Below are positions 24,221 to 43,500 of a DNA stretch of 64,000 bases, one piece after another. Each line of letters opens with the position of its first letter. Within the stretch, counting starts at the first letter, position 1. The notes beneath the pieces were generated by a model. That model searched no databases. It had not been told where the DNA came from and saw only the letters and a list, made by a program, of their open reading frames with translations. The DNA is from Klebsormidium nitens. Lineage: Eukaryota > Plantae > Klebsormidiophyceae. The DNA is taken from positions 1 through 64,000 of the forward strand of contig DF237389.1 in the NCBI GenBank assembly GCA_000708835.1. Direction: 5' to 3'. The translations under genes and the position numbers were made by a program.

Positions 24221-26698
24221 ATGCACGCTGCTATTCGTGGAAGTGCCAGAAACACTTCTTTAATAAAGCTACACAAACTCTGTCGGCCGAGGGAAAGTGG
24301 GCGACAGACCGAGGTTGGGGAGATCTTCACTTGTCCCCTGGCATCATCTTCTCGTCTTTGCTTTCGTCTTTCATTTCAATCTGCATACCTCTGCACCAAT
24401 TCAAACAGTCAGCGGCATAGATTGCTGGTGAAAGCAGCCCGGAAGGAAAGCTCGGTAGATAAAGCCACCTTTGAAGAGTGGCTTGCAGCAAACCCCTTGC
24501 CTTCCGCAGCAAGTTATCAAGTTCAAAGCCCTGAACGGAAAGCTGAGGAGGTTGTCCTCTCAAGTTCATCACAGGAGCTGATTCATCGGTCTGATTCAGG
24601 GGGGCTTAATGAACGAGCCAGCAAACAGAAAGGCGAACTTGACCGACTGGAACCACAGTGGTGTGACTCAGCATTGTCTGTTCAGAAGGGGGAAAGTGCG
24701 CACATTGTGCCAGCGCTTTTAGTTCAAGCTCCTTCCGTTGATTGGTCAAAGATTCAAAATGGGGCGCCGACAGTGCGCTCTCATTTCCTTGACAGTCTAG
24801 GACAAAGCAAAAGGTCGAGCGGCAGCCATGGTCACTGGAGAAGCTTCAGTTGGAAGGAGACAGGAGAATCTCTGCAGCGGTTGCTACATCAGGGAAGGCA
24901 GCTGTATTGGTGTCCTGAGAGCAGGAGCTTTGTAGAGGTGGATCTGGACACTAGAGCGCCAGTCTTTTGCTTTGTGCCACCAAGTATGCAGAGTTGGGGA
25001 ATGAGACAAGGCGCTATCTTAAGTGTTGGGCACTTCCTCGACCAGCTTCAACAAAGTCACGAGTCTGCTCAAGGGAAAATCAGTTTAGCCCAGCAAAAGT
25101 TGCATCAAAGACAAGCGGGATCTGTGCAGCCTACAGCAGGAGAGGAATCCATGGAAGAGACTGGATTACAGGGGAGCCAGAATCGTCCTGAGTTGCAAGC
25201 TCCTGAGCTTCTGACGGTGCAGTCTTCGGATGATTCTCGTGAGGACGGAGTGTCATTCTCTGATTCAATGATTCAGACCTTGGATCAGAGCCCTGAAGAC
25301 CCTTCACATTCAATCAGCCTGGCGGCCCCGACCAAAGCAGGACCGAAACAGCTCAGAAGGGTAAGAAGGCTGTCACTTCTCCGCCGGAAGGAGAAGCATC
25401 TGGTGATATTGCTGACGTCAGCAGCGGCAGCGCTGTGCATCTGGGAGGATGGGCAGCTGGTGCGGCACAAAGTGATCACCGCTTACACGGTGCGCGCAAA
25501 GCAGGGCAAGTCGCAGCTGAATCACATGAGGGGGAAAACGGGCGGGGGGCTGAGCGTAGGAGGGTCGTTGCGGATGCAAGAAACTGCCCGCCTCTTTATT
25601 AGAGTCAACGAGGTGAGGTGATTCAAAGTCAGTGAGGTGATTGACTGTGGCTGCTCGTTCAGACCCCATAGAAGGGGAACACGGGGCTGCCCTGGAACCT
25701 CCCCGTGCTAAAAGCCCATCCATTCGAAGGCCCTATTCAGTCGCTGATGTTAGAGGCCAGGCAGCCTTCTGAAGGTAGCTTTCAGAATCCACATTCTTCA
25801 TTCGCCAAGTTTTGCAGGCCCTTGTTACTTGCGGGATCGTTTCGAAAGATCTCAGGAGACTTAGAGAGGAACGAATCTACGATCCTCAGGGAGTACTCCA
25901 CTTGCGTTTAGCCCCTTTCGAGCAGTGAGAGCCACTGATCCCTTTCTACTTCTTGCGCTCCAGGCCCTCTGGTTTCAGATGATGCGTACGCGCTGTTGCG
26001 AAGCTCCCAAGCAAGCATTGTTCCGAAAAAAAATCATACGGACGTTCCTGTTCTTGCAGAAGCTGACGGAATGGGCTGACGCCCTCGAGGGCTGCGGAGC
26101 TCTTTTTCACAGTGGCCCGATCCGCGCCTGGAATGAGGTTGGCCCCGACACCTTCCACGTGGATTCGACCATGCAACGTGGATGTTCGCTGATTGGTAGC
26201 AGGCTTGTGTCCCTGAAAGTTCGATTCGTATCTTCCTTCCTTCTTCTCTCGTCGTCTTGGCGACCAAACTCCCCACGTTCTTTGCGTGAGCGGCTCTTTT
26301 CGTGCTGCACTCCAATCAAATAATAGGACCCCACTTCCAGAGAAGGTCTATCTCTATTTGGCAACCATGTCGCAACTCCCACTCGTCATGCAAGGCCTTC
26401 CTGAACGTCGCCAATCAAGGAAATTCGCCTAACCAGCGCCCCGCTTTATCTGAACACTGGAGCTGACCTCAGGAAATAGGGACCTGGTTGCGGAAGTGGC
26501 TACTTTGGCGAAGAGTCAGGTTCAAAGTTGTGTGCGTGTTTGCAGGTCTTCTCGTGTCGTGATGTGCCATGTCCGCTGGATCGAAGGGACCCTCGATGGG
26601 TGCGCGTGGGTCTGAGCACACAAAAGCCGAGGCTGAAAGAGCTGCAAAGGTGGGCTCTCCGGTTGGGAAAAGCTGCCCTGCTCAGCCTTCAGTTGTAG
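24221..26698 (+). CDS. VLRF1-family (Vms1/ANKZF1-like eRF1 homolog) peptidyl-tRNA release domain protein with long N-terminal extension, putatively plastid-targeted
   Basis: Exons 24221-25612, 26060-26137 and 26546-26698 splice in frame to 540 aa. The C-terminal domain LVILL..AAAALCIWEDGQLVRHKVITAYTVRAKQGKSQ...GGSLRMQETARLF...LDRRDPRW..VGLSTQKPRLKELQR matches recalled VLRF1 motifs (HKxFxRYTVRAKxGxxQ; DPR..I...T.RPT..EL.R). Confidence 0.8.
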
Positions 26699-28606
26699 TT
26701 TGCAATCAGGAATTATTTAGGCACTTGATTTACAACATGACGGTTCCGACGTTCGTGAGGTTGCAGTCATCGTTGTTGTATGGGCTGGATTCAGGACTAG
26801 CTCTCTAGTCCTGAATCCACGTAAGAAATCAATGGTCTGCAAGGAGATTTTGGAGATTGTGCGGGTGTCACTGTACATACTGAATACTGAGGATCGATAT
26901 GCTTTTGCAGGATATGCTACATCCTGAGCCATGGTGCGATGGGCCCAATCGACTGAGAGCGTTGGCTTTCATACTTGCGGGGTGCTTGTGTTTCGAAATG
27001 AGCCTGGGTCAGCAATTACAACGAATCTAATACTCGAGTCAGGTTTGTATTAGCATGTTGCTCAATAGGCCCCCGAAGAATCTTGCACATTCGACATGCC
27101 GGTGGCCCCCTGTTACGCTTTGACGGCGATTGAGGAGAAAACTCGTGAACGACCGAGTTGGTCGTCGGATCATATCATGGAAGCCTGCAGACAAGTTTCA
27201 AAGGTCAACCCATGTGTTATAACTGAGCCTTTGACCGGACAGTTGACCGCAAGGCTAGCAGTAGTGGATTAATTGGTTCGACGGTCACTAATGTGTCGAT
27301 CCGATTCAATCCGGTTACCGTCGGGCGGCAAGGGCCGTTCGATGCATAAGCAGCTAATTGTGCTTATACATAATATCAATCGTATTGCGGTCCAGCTGTC
27401 GTGCCCGCGGGCGCGCAGCATATGCTATCTACACGTATGTCCTCGATCCTCGATCTATCCGCGCCAATCGATCGGCCCATGCAGCGCGGCCTCCTGTGGC
27501 TCCCGGCACCCTGACTGGCCCCACTGGCATCGATCTCTACCATATTGAACACTCGCAGCTAGCTTGCCGCGGGCCCGGGCATGATATATCATGCATAACA
27601 ATGCAAATGATCGATATGTACGTACAGCCGCGGACTCATGCAATATCGAGGTCCATTTGGTCCCATGATATAGCTAGCTGTCGTGGCCTTATAAATTGAG
27701 TTAGCTCGCGAATCCATTGCACATACATGCGCCACTGGCCCAATTGCACGGATCTACTGAGTGACTTTGACAACATAAATATGTCCGATTACCGCCACTC
27801 AGTGCATGCGCGTTGTCGGAACGAAATTCGAATGATAGCGCTAGGTCGATTCCAGCTTCCGCGCCGGCCGGGCGGCCATGCAGAGCCATAGCTGGTCCGG
27901 GTCCGGACGTATCTAGCGGCCTCATGGAGCCACATGCGATATGTGGAGCTCAACGTACTTGCAGCTATAGACGGTACTAACTAAGGATTGAACTAATTCA
28001 ATCAAAGAATGTATGGATTATTTATAACAGGAGAACCATGCACTGTGACCGGATCATATCGAAGCTGAATCGCACGCACCCACACTGACACTTGGAAGCT
28101 TTTGGATGAACTCGGACGGGTCTGAGGGGAATCAATCAAATCACTGTACGAGCATGTCGGAAGCGTATGCATACAACCGTGAATGATTTCTTGAACGATC
28201 CAATCAAATGATTGGTTCGACATGCGTTACACTGGCACGTCGTCAGTTTCTTGACTGCACCTTGAGCAGGTTTGGAATTGCATCATCGCTAGATGCAACA
28301 CCGCAATCAGGATTGTAAGTGTATATATCAAAGGCCTCAAGTTCAACAAATCAAATATCTTTGCAGGTGGACTTCCATTGAGACGTAAGTATAAACAGCG
28401 GAGTATGGTTGAAAGCAGATTTTCCGGTGGGCTCGATAGCAACCTGACCATACCACACGAGGATGAGGAATGGACTAACCTAGCAACAACCTGATTCCAA
28501 GTGCTCAGAGCCTACTTCTGTATACAAGAATCTGTTGCCTGCACACCCTGAACATTGTCCTGTGGTTGCAAACGAAACCAGCCGCTCTTACAGCCCCTCC
28601 ATGTGC

Positions 28607-36205
<7,599 letters not shown>

Positions 36206-36414
36206 ACTATGCAGCTGGGAATAAAAAGGCTTTTTATGGAGGGATCAAAGCCACCCCTGCCAGAGGGGATCTGAGCTGCTTCCGGGTGCGCCAATCAGTG
36301 CTGACTAGGCACGCGTATCTGAGTCAGCACGAGGGCATAGACCGCAGCCATGGCAGGTGCAAGTTGAAACCTGCCCGTATGTCGTCTTCCTCCCCTTTTC
36401 TCGATTGTCCGTTT

Positions 36415-36456
36415 TAGGGTTTTTAGGGTTTGCTTTTCTTGGAACTGTTAGGGTTT
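36415..36456 (-). promoter_or_regulatory. Three telo-box motifs (AAACCCTA) near the aconitase 5' end
   Basis: TAGGGTTT at 36415, 36424 and 36449 on the + strand. Confidence 0.5.
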
Positions 36457-39400
36457 CTGGCTGCCGAAACGCCGCGTAACATCTGACCCTCAATACAATT
36501 CTTGAGAGCCGTCCGATGTATTCCAAAGGCAGTACCCTGCCGTCAGATGTGATAACAACGGAGAGTCTGAGCCGTTCAAGGCATGGACCTTGTTAAAACC
36601 GTCCGATCATGTGAGCCTACCGGGTCATCCTACTGGACGGACTCAGTCGCCCGCCGCTTTGAAGATAATATAGGTACCATGCTCTGCCTTCGATTCGGAT
36701 GGGCGACTGGGCGTACTAATTTATCCATTCCTAGGGCCCTCGTTCTCAATACTTGTCATCCTTGTGCCCGAAGACAATGTTTTTGCTTGTAGATCGATCC
36801 TATACTATCTATACTAGGCCGTTGCGAATCGGAAAAGTTTGTCTCCTTAGGCTTAACTTGGCTGCGACGTTAAGGGGGGCGTTGACGACGTCTTCGAGCC
36901 GGGGGCCCCATGGCTGTAGCTTAATCAGGTCGAAGATATAGATCTGTACCGTTCAACTAGGAAAGCAAAGCGTCGAGCAGATTCCGCCGAATCCAAGAAA
37001 ACAAGCAACCTTGCCGCTCACCGGCAGTGCAGTCCGACGTCCGATCGTCAGTTTGCCGCAAGGAATACGGTCTCGACAATGGTCAGCGGACTGCCACAAT
37101 TGCCTGGCCTTCTGAGTTTTTGAACGGTCTCACGGGCTGGCACCTGCGTTTCTGGCCCGTTTCTGGCGCTTTAAGATTGAAGACGCAAAGATGCCAATGG
37201 TTCATTCGCCCTAGTACTAGCTCATGCCCAGCACAGATGACAGCTCCCTGTGAATGCCCACGTCAAAATGAAGGTTCGAGACTAGTGCAGAGAGTAGACG
37301 TCAATTGGACGCTGCATGTCAATCCGGGGCTGCAATTGATGCTTCGACAGAATTTTGCAAACGTTTCAGGCACACTAGTGCACTGATCTATAGCATGCGA
37401 AGCTTGGAAACCACCTGATCTAGATACGCAAAGATTGGAAACAAGCACGACTCAAGTACGTAAAGTCGTATCAGCCCCTCGATCTAACACTGAACCCTTT
37501 TCCTTGCTGATCGATATCTTTTGAGATTGAATCTTTGAAGTTCACAAGGCTTTCGGGATCTCAGACAGATTTGCATCAATAGATGACATTACCTGGAGTC
37601 ACAACACCTCCGAGGAAGTGGGTCGAACCCAGAATTATCTCCTCACGCAACGTTCAAATATATCTTGAAGTTCCAAAGAAGCCGTTCGCGGAAGAATCCT
37701 TCCGACGACATACCTTTTATTTAGAGAAGTTCTGAGTATATCCCGGTGTCACGAAGACTCAGTGTCAGCTTAGGGTTTGTGGCACTCGAAGGAATCCGGA
37801 TAGACTTCAGAGAAACTTTTGACGAACGTGGTAAAGACGTGTCACAGGATCAAACGTTTGTTGGAAAGTTGCTGATAAAACCTTGGCACAGGACAAGAAA
37901 CGCAGACGTTCAAGTTCCAGCTCCAAATAATGTTGCTGACGTTCTGCCGTTAGACAAACGTACATGAATCGGGAGATTGGGCGTGAACACTTCGTCAATT
38001 CTAAGGTGGGGCCAAAACGCGTACATGCCTGATTGCCTCTTTCCCTAATTCAAAACAGCGTCTAAAATTAAGAATTTTATGGTCTTCGATGTAAAGTGTT
38101 TGGCCATGAATGATCAGTACATGATCAAGGTCGACGCTAGAGGAGCTACTGCTGGCCGCCGCCAACAGCGTACGTCGGAGCCGCGAGGAAGCTTCCCTAG
38201 AGCTTCGAGGCATGTACGCAAGCTGTTTATTCAAATAGCCGTGTCAGGGGGGGTTTCAGCCTGGTGGATCAGCACATCAGGGTTTGAGAGGAATCTTGGC
38301 GCTATCTTCGAGGGTCACCATTTACGTACAGCTTGAGTTGGCCATTTGAAGAATGGACATAATGCTCGCCTTTTGGCCTTTTATGGATGTAGAGACCAAG
38401 TTTTTCAAACCTGAAAGGCTTCCCGATGGTTGATGGCTGAGGTTACAGAGTCCTCAATCGACGTCCGTGAATGGCGTTCTTCTTTCCATTAAACCACTAT
38501 TCGGAGTTGAGTGCAGCACTTTGCAGGGGGCATCTGGGGATGTGTGCGGCGCTGTGAAGCCTGCTTTCTTTCTTTCTGTGTGAACTTCGTCCGTCTGAGC
38601 ATCCTAATATCGGACGTGTACTCCACAGAGATGTGTCAAATCTACGAAACAGTTTGTTTGGTAACCATCACGTATTCCGGGTGGACCGCACCTAGCAAAC
38701 TGTTCCGTAGGTACTGAATCTCGCGGCCATAGTCTGCTGCAGTTTCCTCCTCTATGGTTGCGGGGTTATCGTGACGACGTTCCCGTCATGGGCCGTCATG
38801 CAGCTGCAAGCCGTCACTATCTGCTGCCTGCAGCATACGCAACGTGGCCAGTGTACGTCAGCAACGGATGATTCCTAGCGTGTGGGTAACGCAGCTCTGT
38901 TTGGGTTCCTACGGGCAGCAGTAAAGTGAGCCAGCAGCATCGAGGGGGCATCGAGGCAGCATCACCATGAACTAGAACGGCAGCACGGGCCGGGCCCGCT
39001 GCCTTGCACATGGGCCGCCTTCTTGACATTGCCACTTGCTCACAGAGCTGATATCCGAATCTCTTATTCGAGCCCCATTCGAGCGCCACCGTCGTCACTC
39101 ACTCGTCTTCACGTACGATACATACTAAGCCGTCAACCTATTAGCCTGAAGGAGTGAAGGTGCAGGTAGGCGCTTCCAAGATCTAGCCTGACCGGACTGC
39201 AGCCTGCGCGCGCAGCTGCCACCTAGGCTATTTCAGCATCGCGACTCGATCCAGTAGCAGAAAGAAGCCTGGCCACTTATATCTATAAAGCATTCAGAGG
39301 AGGTTAGCAGTACGTACGTACGTGGATATGCATCGAGTCCTGCATGGCCCATGTGTGCATGATCGCTTGTCTCGAGACGGTTGAGCCTAGCTCAGGCTGA

Positions 39401-39479
39401 CCATGTCATGAGGTCAGAGCCCGGGGCGCTATAGGCGGCTGTGCATGCAGTGAATTCAAACCTGAAAACATGCTACCCT

Positions 39480-39953
39480 CACAAGCAACCTGGGAATTCT
39501 TTTTTGTTCGCGGTAGATTCTTCGTTATCTGTTTGAGTCGAGCGCGGCGGTGAATTTTCGAATTACCGCCGGCGAGTCGTACGGCGGTTTTCGATTCAGT
39601 GTAAAAATTCGGGACTTAGCCGTTTTCGGAGGTCAAAATCGCCCGTACACGGGGCAAAAGTCAAAATCTGGCCGAAAAGCTGCCATAAGTCGGTCGAAAA
39701 AATTATTTGGACCAAACCCTCCGGTCAATCTCTTGTATACGCCCTCCCCATGAACTCCAACATTTTACATCGTCCAATTTGACCCACATATGATACCGAC
39801 CATGTCAAATATGATCTTAAATATCAAAAAATGGCAATTCTGCGGGTAAAAATCGCCGTGAGTACACGCATACGCGACTCGGCGCGAAACTCCCTATTGC
39901 GCACGGATTTTTCAACTTTTTGCCTCTAGACTCGCAGGTTCAGGTTGCTTGTG
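39480..39953. mobile_element. Non-autonomous TIR DNA element (474 bp), superfamily uncertain; CAC-terminated, possibly CMC/CACTA-related
   Basis: Perfect 13-bp TIR CACAAGCAACCTG (39480-39492) / CAGGTTGCTTGTG (39941-39953); CT on both flanks; no ORF; internal hairpin CGGCGGTGAATTTTCGAATTACCGCCG. Confidence 0.6.
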
Positions 39954-40509
39954 CTACTCGAATAATTCGGATCGAGTTAAAGTGCCAAATGTGCACTGCA
40001 CATGCACAGCTAGTATAGCACATGGACTGGCGCTGCGGGGGCCGTTCGCGGCCGCGCGGCCTCGTCGAATGTATAGGCTGGCCGGCGCGGCGCAATGAAC
40101 GGGGCGCACGTACATTATATGGTCGGATTCGATGTTGCCGGCCCTTCGCAACAAGCTGGCAGCATGAGCATGGTGAGCAGTCTGCCCCGCATGCATTAAA
40201 TTTTAAGCACAGAAGTTTGCGCAGGTCAAATCAATACTGAGTTGAGGTTCACTGAGCGCGATAAGTAATCGCACAACAAATTACTTTCCTCCAACATATG
40301 GCATATGGCTGTGTTCATATTTTCAATTCCCGGATCGTCTCTATCTCTTGCTTTGAAAACACTAGATCATACAGAACGTGGGACGTTTTAACAGATCGAA
40401 ACCTCATTATTGACAAATTAGAATCTGGAAGAATTTGGCCTTCTACTACCAAGGTAAGGGTTCATTAGCCTAAGCGTAAGCGACGGAGTACTTCCCCCAA
40501 CCGTGCCGG

Positions 40510-43500
40510 TCACGGCCCTTCCCAAAAATTAGTCGGGTCTTCGCTATACAACGTCCTATCGGCTATCTCGAGGTTCCCGACGTGATAGTCCACAGTGCGT
40601 GCTTGGAGAATCTTGACAAGGAAGAGCAAGAGGGGGAACAGCCACCACCCATATTCAGAGTCACTCGTTCCGGAGGTCACGGACGGCCAGCCCTGGTGAC
40701 TGTGGGCAATAGCACCGCAAACGACCGCAACAACCTGCGAGCGATGAAGGATAAGAGTCACTCAGGGCTGCGTTTTCCGGCTGCTTGCGGCTGACGTGCT
40801 CAAAGCTTCACGCGTACGAATTGGCGTTTCGGCGTTCAAGTACTGCTCAACAAGGGAATTCACGGACGATTCAGACCGCTTAGATGCAGCAAAGTTCTCC
40901 TTATCCGCCACGAAAGAAGTCCGCTGCAGAACGTGGACCATGACTTCACAACTCTGTTCTACGTGTTGGTCCCATTACATCGTTGACACTGCTAATTCGG
41001 TTGCCAGTAGGCCCCAAAAGCAGAACCACTCTCCTCATTATTTCCAAAAACGATGCCACGAGGTTTGTCAACGGATCCTGTTACGAACTGCCCCCTGAAA
41101 CTGGTCCCGTCACCGTTCCCTTCCAAACCACAAGCGGCCACGTGGCACTCACCACGTTCCACATGGAGGTCCCGTTCCAGAGGTTGTAGTAGCGCGCCAG
41201 GCTGGCGGCGCGGCGGGGCACGTGCGTGAAGAGCGCGTTCAGCCCCGCGGCAGCCGCAAAGAAAGCAATGAAGGGGGGGAGCAGCAGGACGAGGAGAAAG
41301 GCGGTGAGGCTGATGCTGTAGAACTGGAGGAGGAGCAGCAGGCTGAGGCACAGGTCGGAGAGGAGCAGGCTCGACATGAGCAGGCCCACCGCAGCCTGCA
41401 GGGGTTAGGGAGCGGGTTTGGAGACGGGTTAGGAAAGCCCTAACCATAGTGTTTGAGACGGAAAAACGCTCGAGGTGCTCGTGAAACGAAGCAGGCTCAA
41501 CGAACAGGTCGGAGAGGAGCAGGCTCGACATGAGCAGGCCCACCGCAGCCTGCAGGCGTTAAGAAGAGGGTTAGCGGGACGGTTAGGGAAAATTTAGGAG
41601 GCTGGTGGTACAAACGAAAGCTCAAAATACGGAGGCGGTATCCCAGGAGGGGAAGACAGGCCTGCTCGATATGAGCAGGCCCACCGCAACCTGCGGGTTA
41701 GGAGGAGGGTTAAGGAGAGGGTTGAAAAACAAAGTAAAGACACTGCAGGAGGAATGATTACCCAAGACATAGAAGCGGTGTTTGAGAAAGAAGAAGGCTC
41801 ATTAGATTGGAGAGGGGCAAGCTCGACGGAAGCAGGCCCACCGCAGCCTGCAGATTAGGAAGAGGGTTAAGAAAGCCTAAAAAAAGTGTAAGACAAACAT
41901 GACACAAGATTTGAAGATAGAACACTGCTCCCTGGTGTGAACCGTTGGTCACCGTGGAACAAGTCGTTGGCAGCCGAGCAGAGAGGATCTTCTAATACAT
42001 CGAGCAGAGAGCTCCGGAGCGCGCAGAAAGATCGGAGTCATGATCATTTCGCAAAAACGAATTGAACCGCGTACTGCCCACTCACATGGTGCCCGAGCGG
42101 CTTGAGATTCGTCATGACGAACTGCGTCGGGTACAGCAGCGTCTTCCGGTCCTGCAAGCTGCGCAGCGTGACCCCATCCACGATACCCCCCCCTATCCGC
42201 CGCCGCGCAAGAGAGTACGAGTAGTGATACATCCCCCCCCCGAGATGGGGGGGCGCCGCGGAGGGAGCGTGGCGCGGGCTCGCTACGGGGCTGGTGGGAA
42301 GGGGTGGGGAGGCGATTGAGGAGGAGCCGAGAACTGGGGAGGGGGGCTCGGCTGATGAAGAAAGGATGACGCCCAATTGGTAGTAGCCGGAAGACGTCGC
42401 CTGCAGAGGAAGGACGAGGGTTGCAAAAAAGCTAAGCCTTTCTTTCTTTTTGCCCTTTTCTCCATGCGCGGGGGTAAATTTTTGGACCAATCCTTAAGTC
42501 GGGGTGGTCACAACCGGATCGGAGAAAGTTGGCGCTGTTGGGCTGTCGCCAAGGGGCATCAGCAGTCGCATATTGAAGCCTGAAGCCGAACAAGCTGGAC
42601 TTACGATGACTGAGTGCTGTGCACTCACCCGACCCACAAACACAAGCAGTTTGAAGGACTACTACTTATAATCAACCTTCTTTATAAACAGAAGACAAGG
42701 GCTTTGAAGGGGAGCTAGGTTTGTATTAGTAAACGCAATCACACGTACGAGTGGATTGGGGCGGTAGACGTATTGACACCGACCATTATTATGTCGTTAG
42801 AGGAACTTTAATATATGGTACATCGTAGGCCATCATGAGTGGAGAGCCTATAACATCCCAAGAGCCATCCCTTCTGAACCTCAACTCGGGGTGCTAAACA
42901 CAGAGCCGTTGGATTCCAAGTCTAAGGATCAAGATACAAAGCACTGTTGGCTGACCTGGAACCAGGCGAGGTCTATCCGCAGGCCGTGCATTCGCAGCCA
43001 GGGGTTGGCGTGCGTCCCGATCCAGGCCAGCAGCGGCGCGAGCCCCCGCCGCAGGCAGCCCTGCCGTACCGTGCGCAGCTGCGCGTTTAAGCCGGCCACC
43101 ATGCGGTACCAGATGGAGGCGGGGAGCATCTGTGAACGGATAAAAGATGCTCTGTGATTCGTTGCTTTTGCAAAGAATGCAGTTGACAGCAGGTTGACAA
43201 CAACTTTCACAATTTGTAAGCCACTGATCCGTTGTCAGCTGCGCGTTCAGGCCGGCCACCTTGCGGTCTCAAAAGGAGGCGGGGAGCATGTGCGGACGGA
43301 AGAGGAAAGGATTGTTTCTAGGAGGTAAACCCCAGTTTGTTTACCAACCAAGTAAATATATGGTATAGCAGATGGAGCTGAGAGACGTCTGCTAAGTGAA
43401 TGGACAAAAACCCTCGTGAGGCAGTGACGTGATCAGCGAGGCGCTTGAAGGTGACCCACAACCAGCACCTTTCGTTGCAAGTTGCAGCGCGACACACGTC

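Noticed and set aside
41400-41870. Telomere-like GGGTTA(G) words
   Set aside because: On the sense strand they are CTAAC branch-point and pyrimidine tracts of the duplicated acceptors, not an interstitial telomere.
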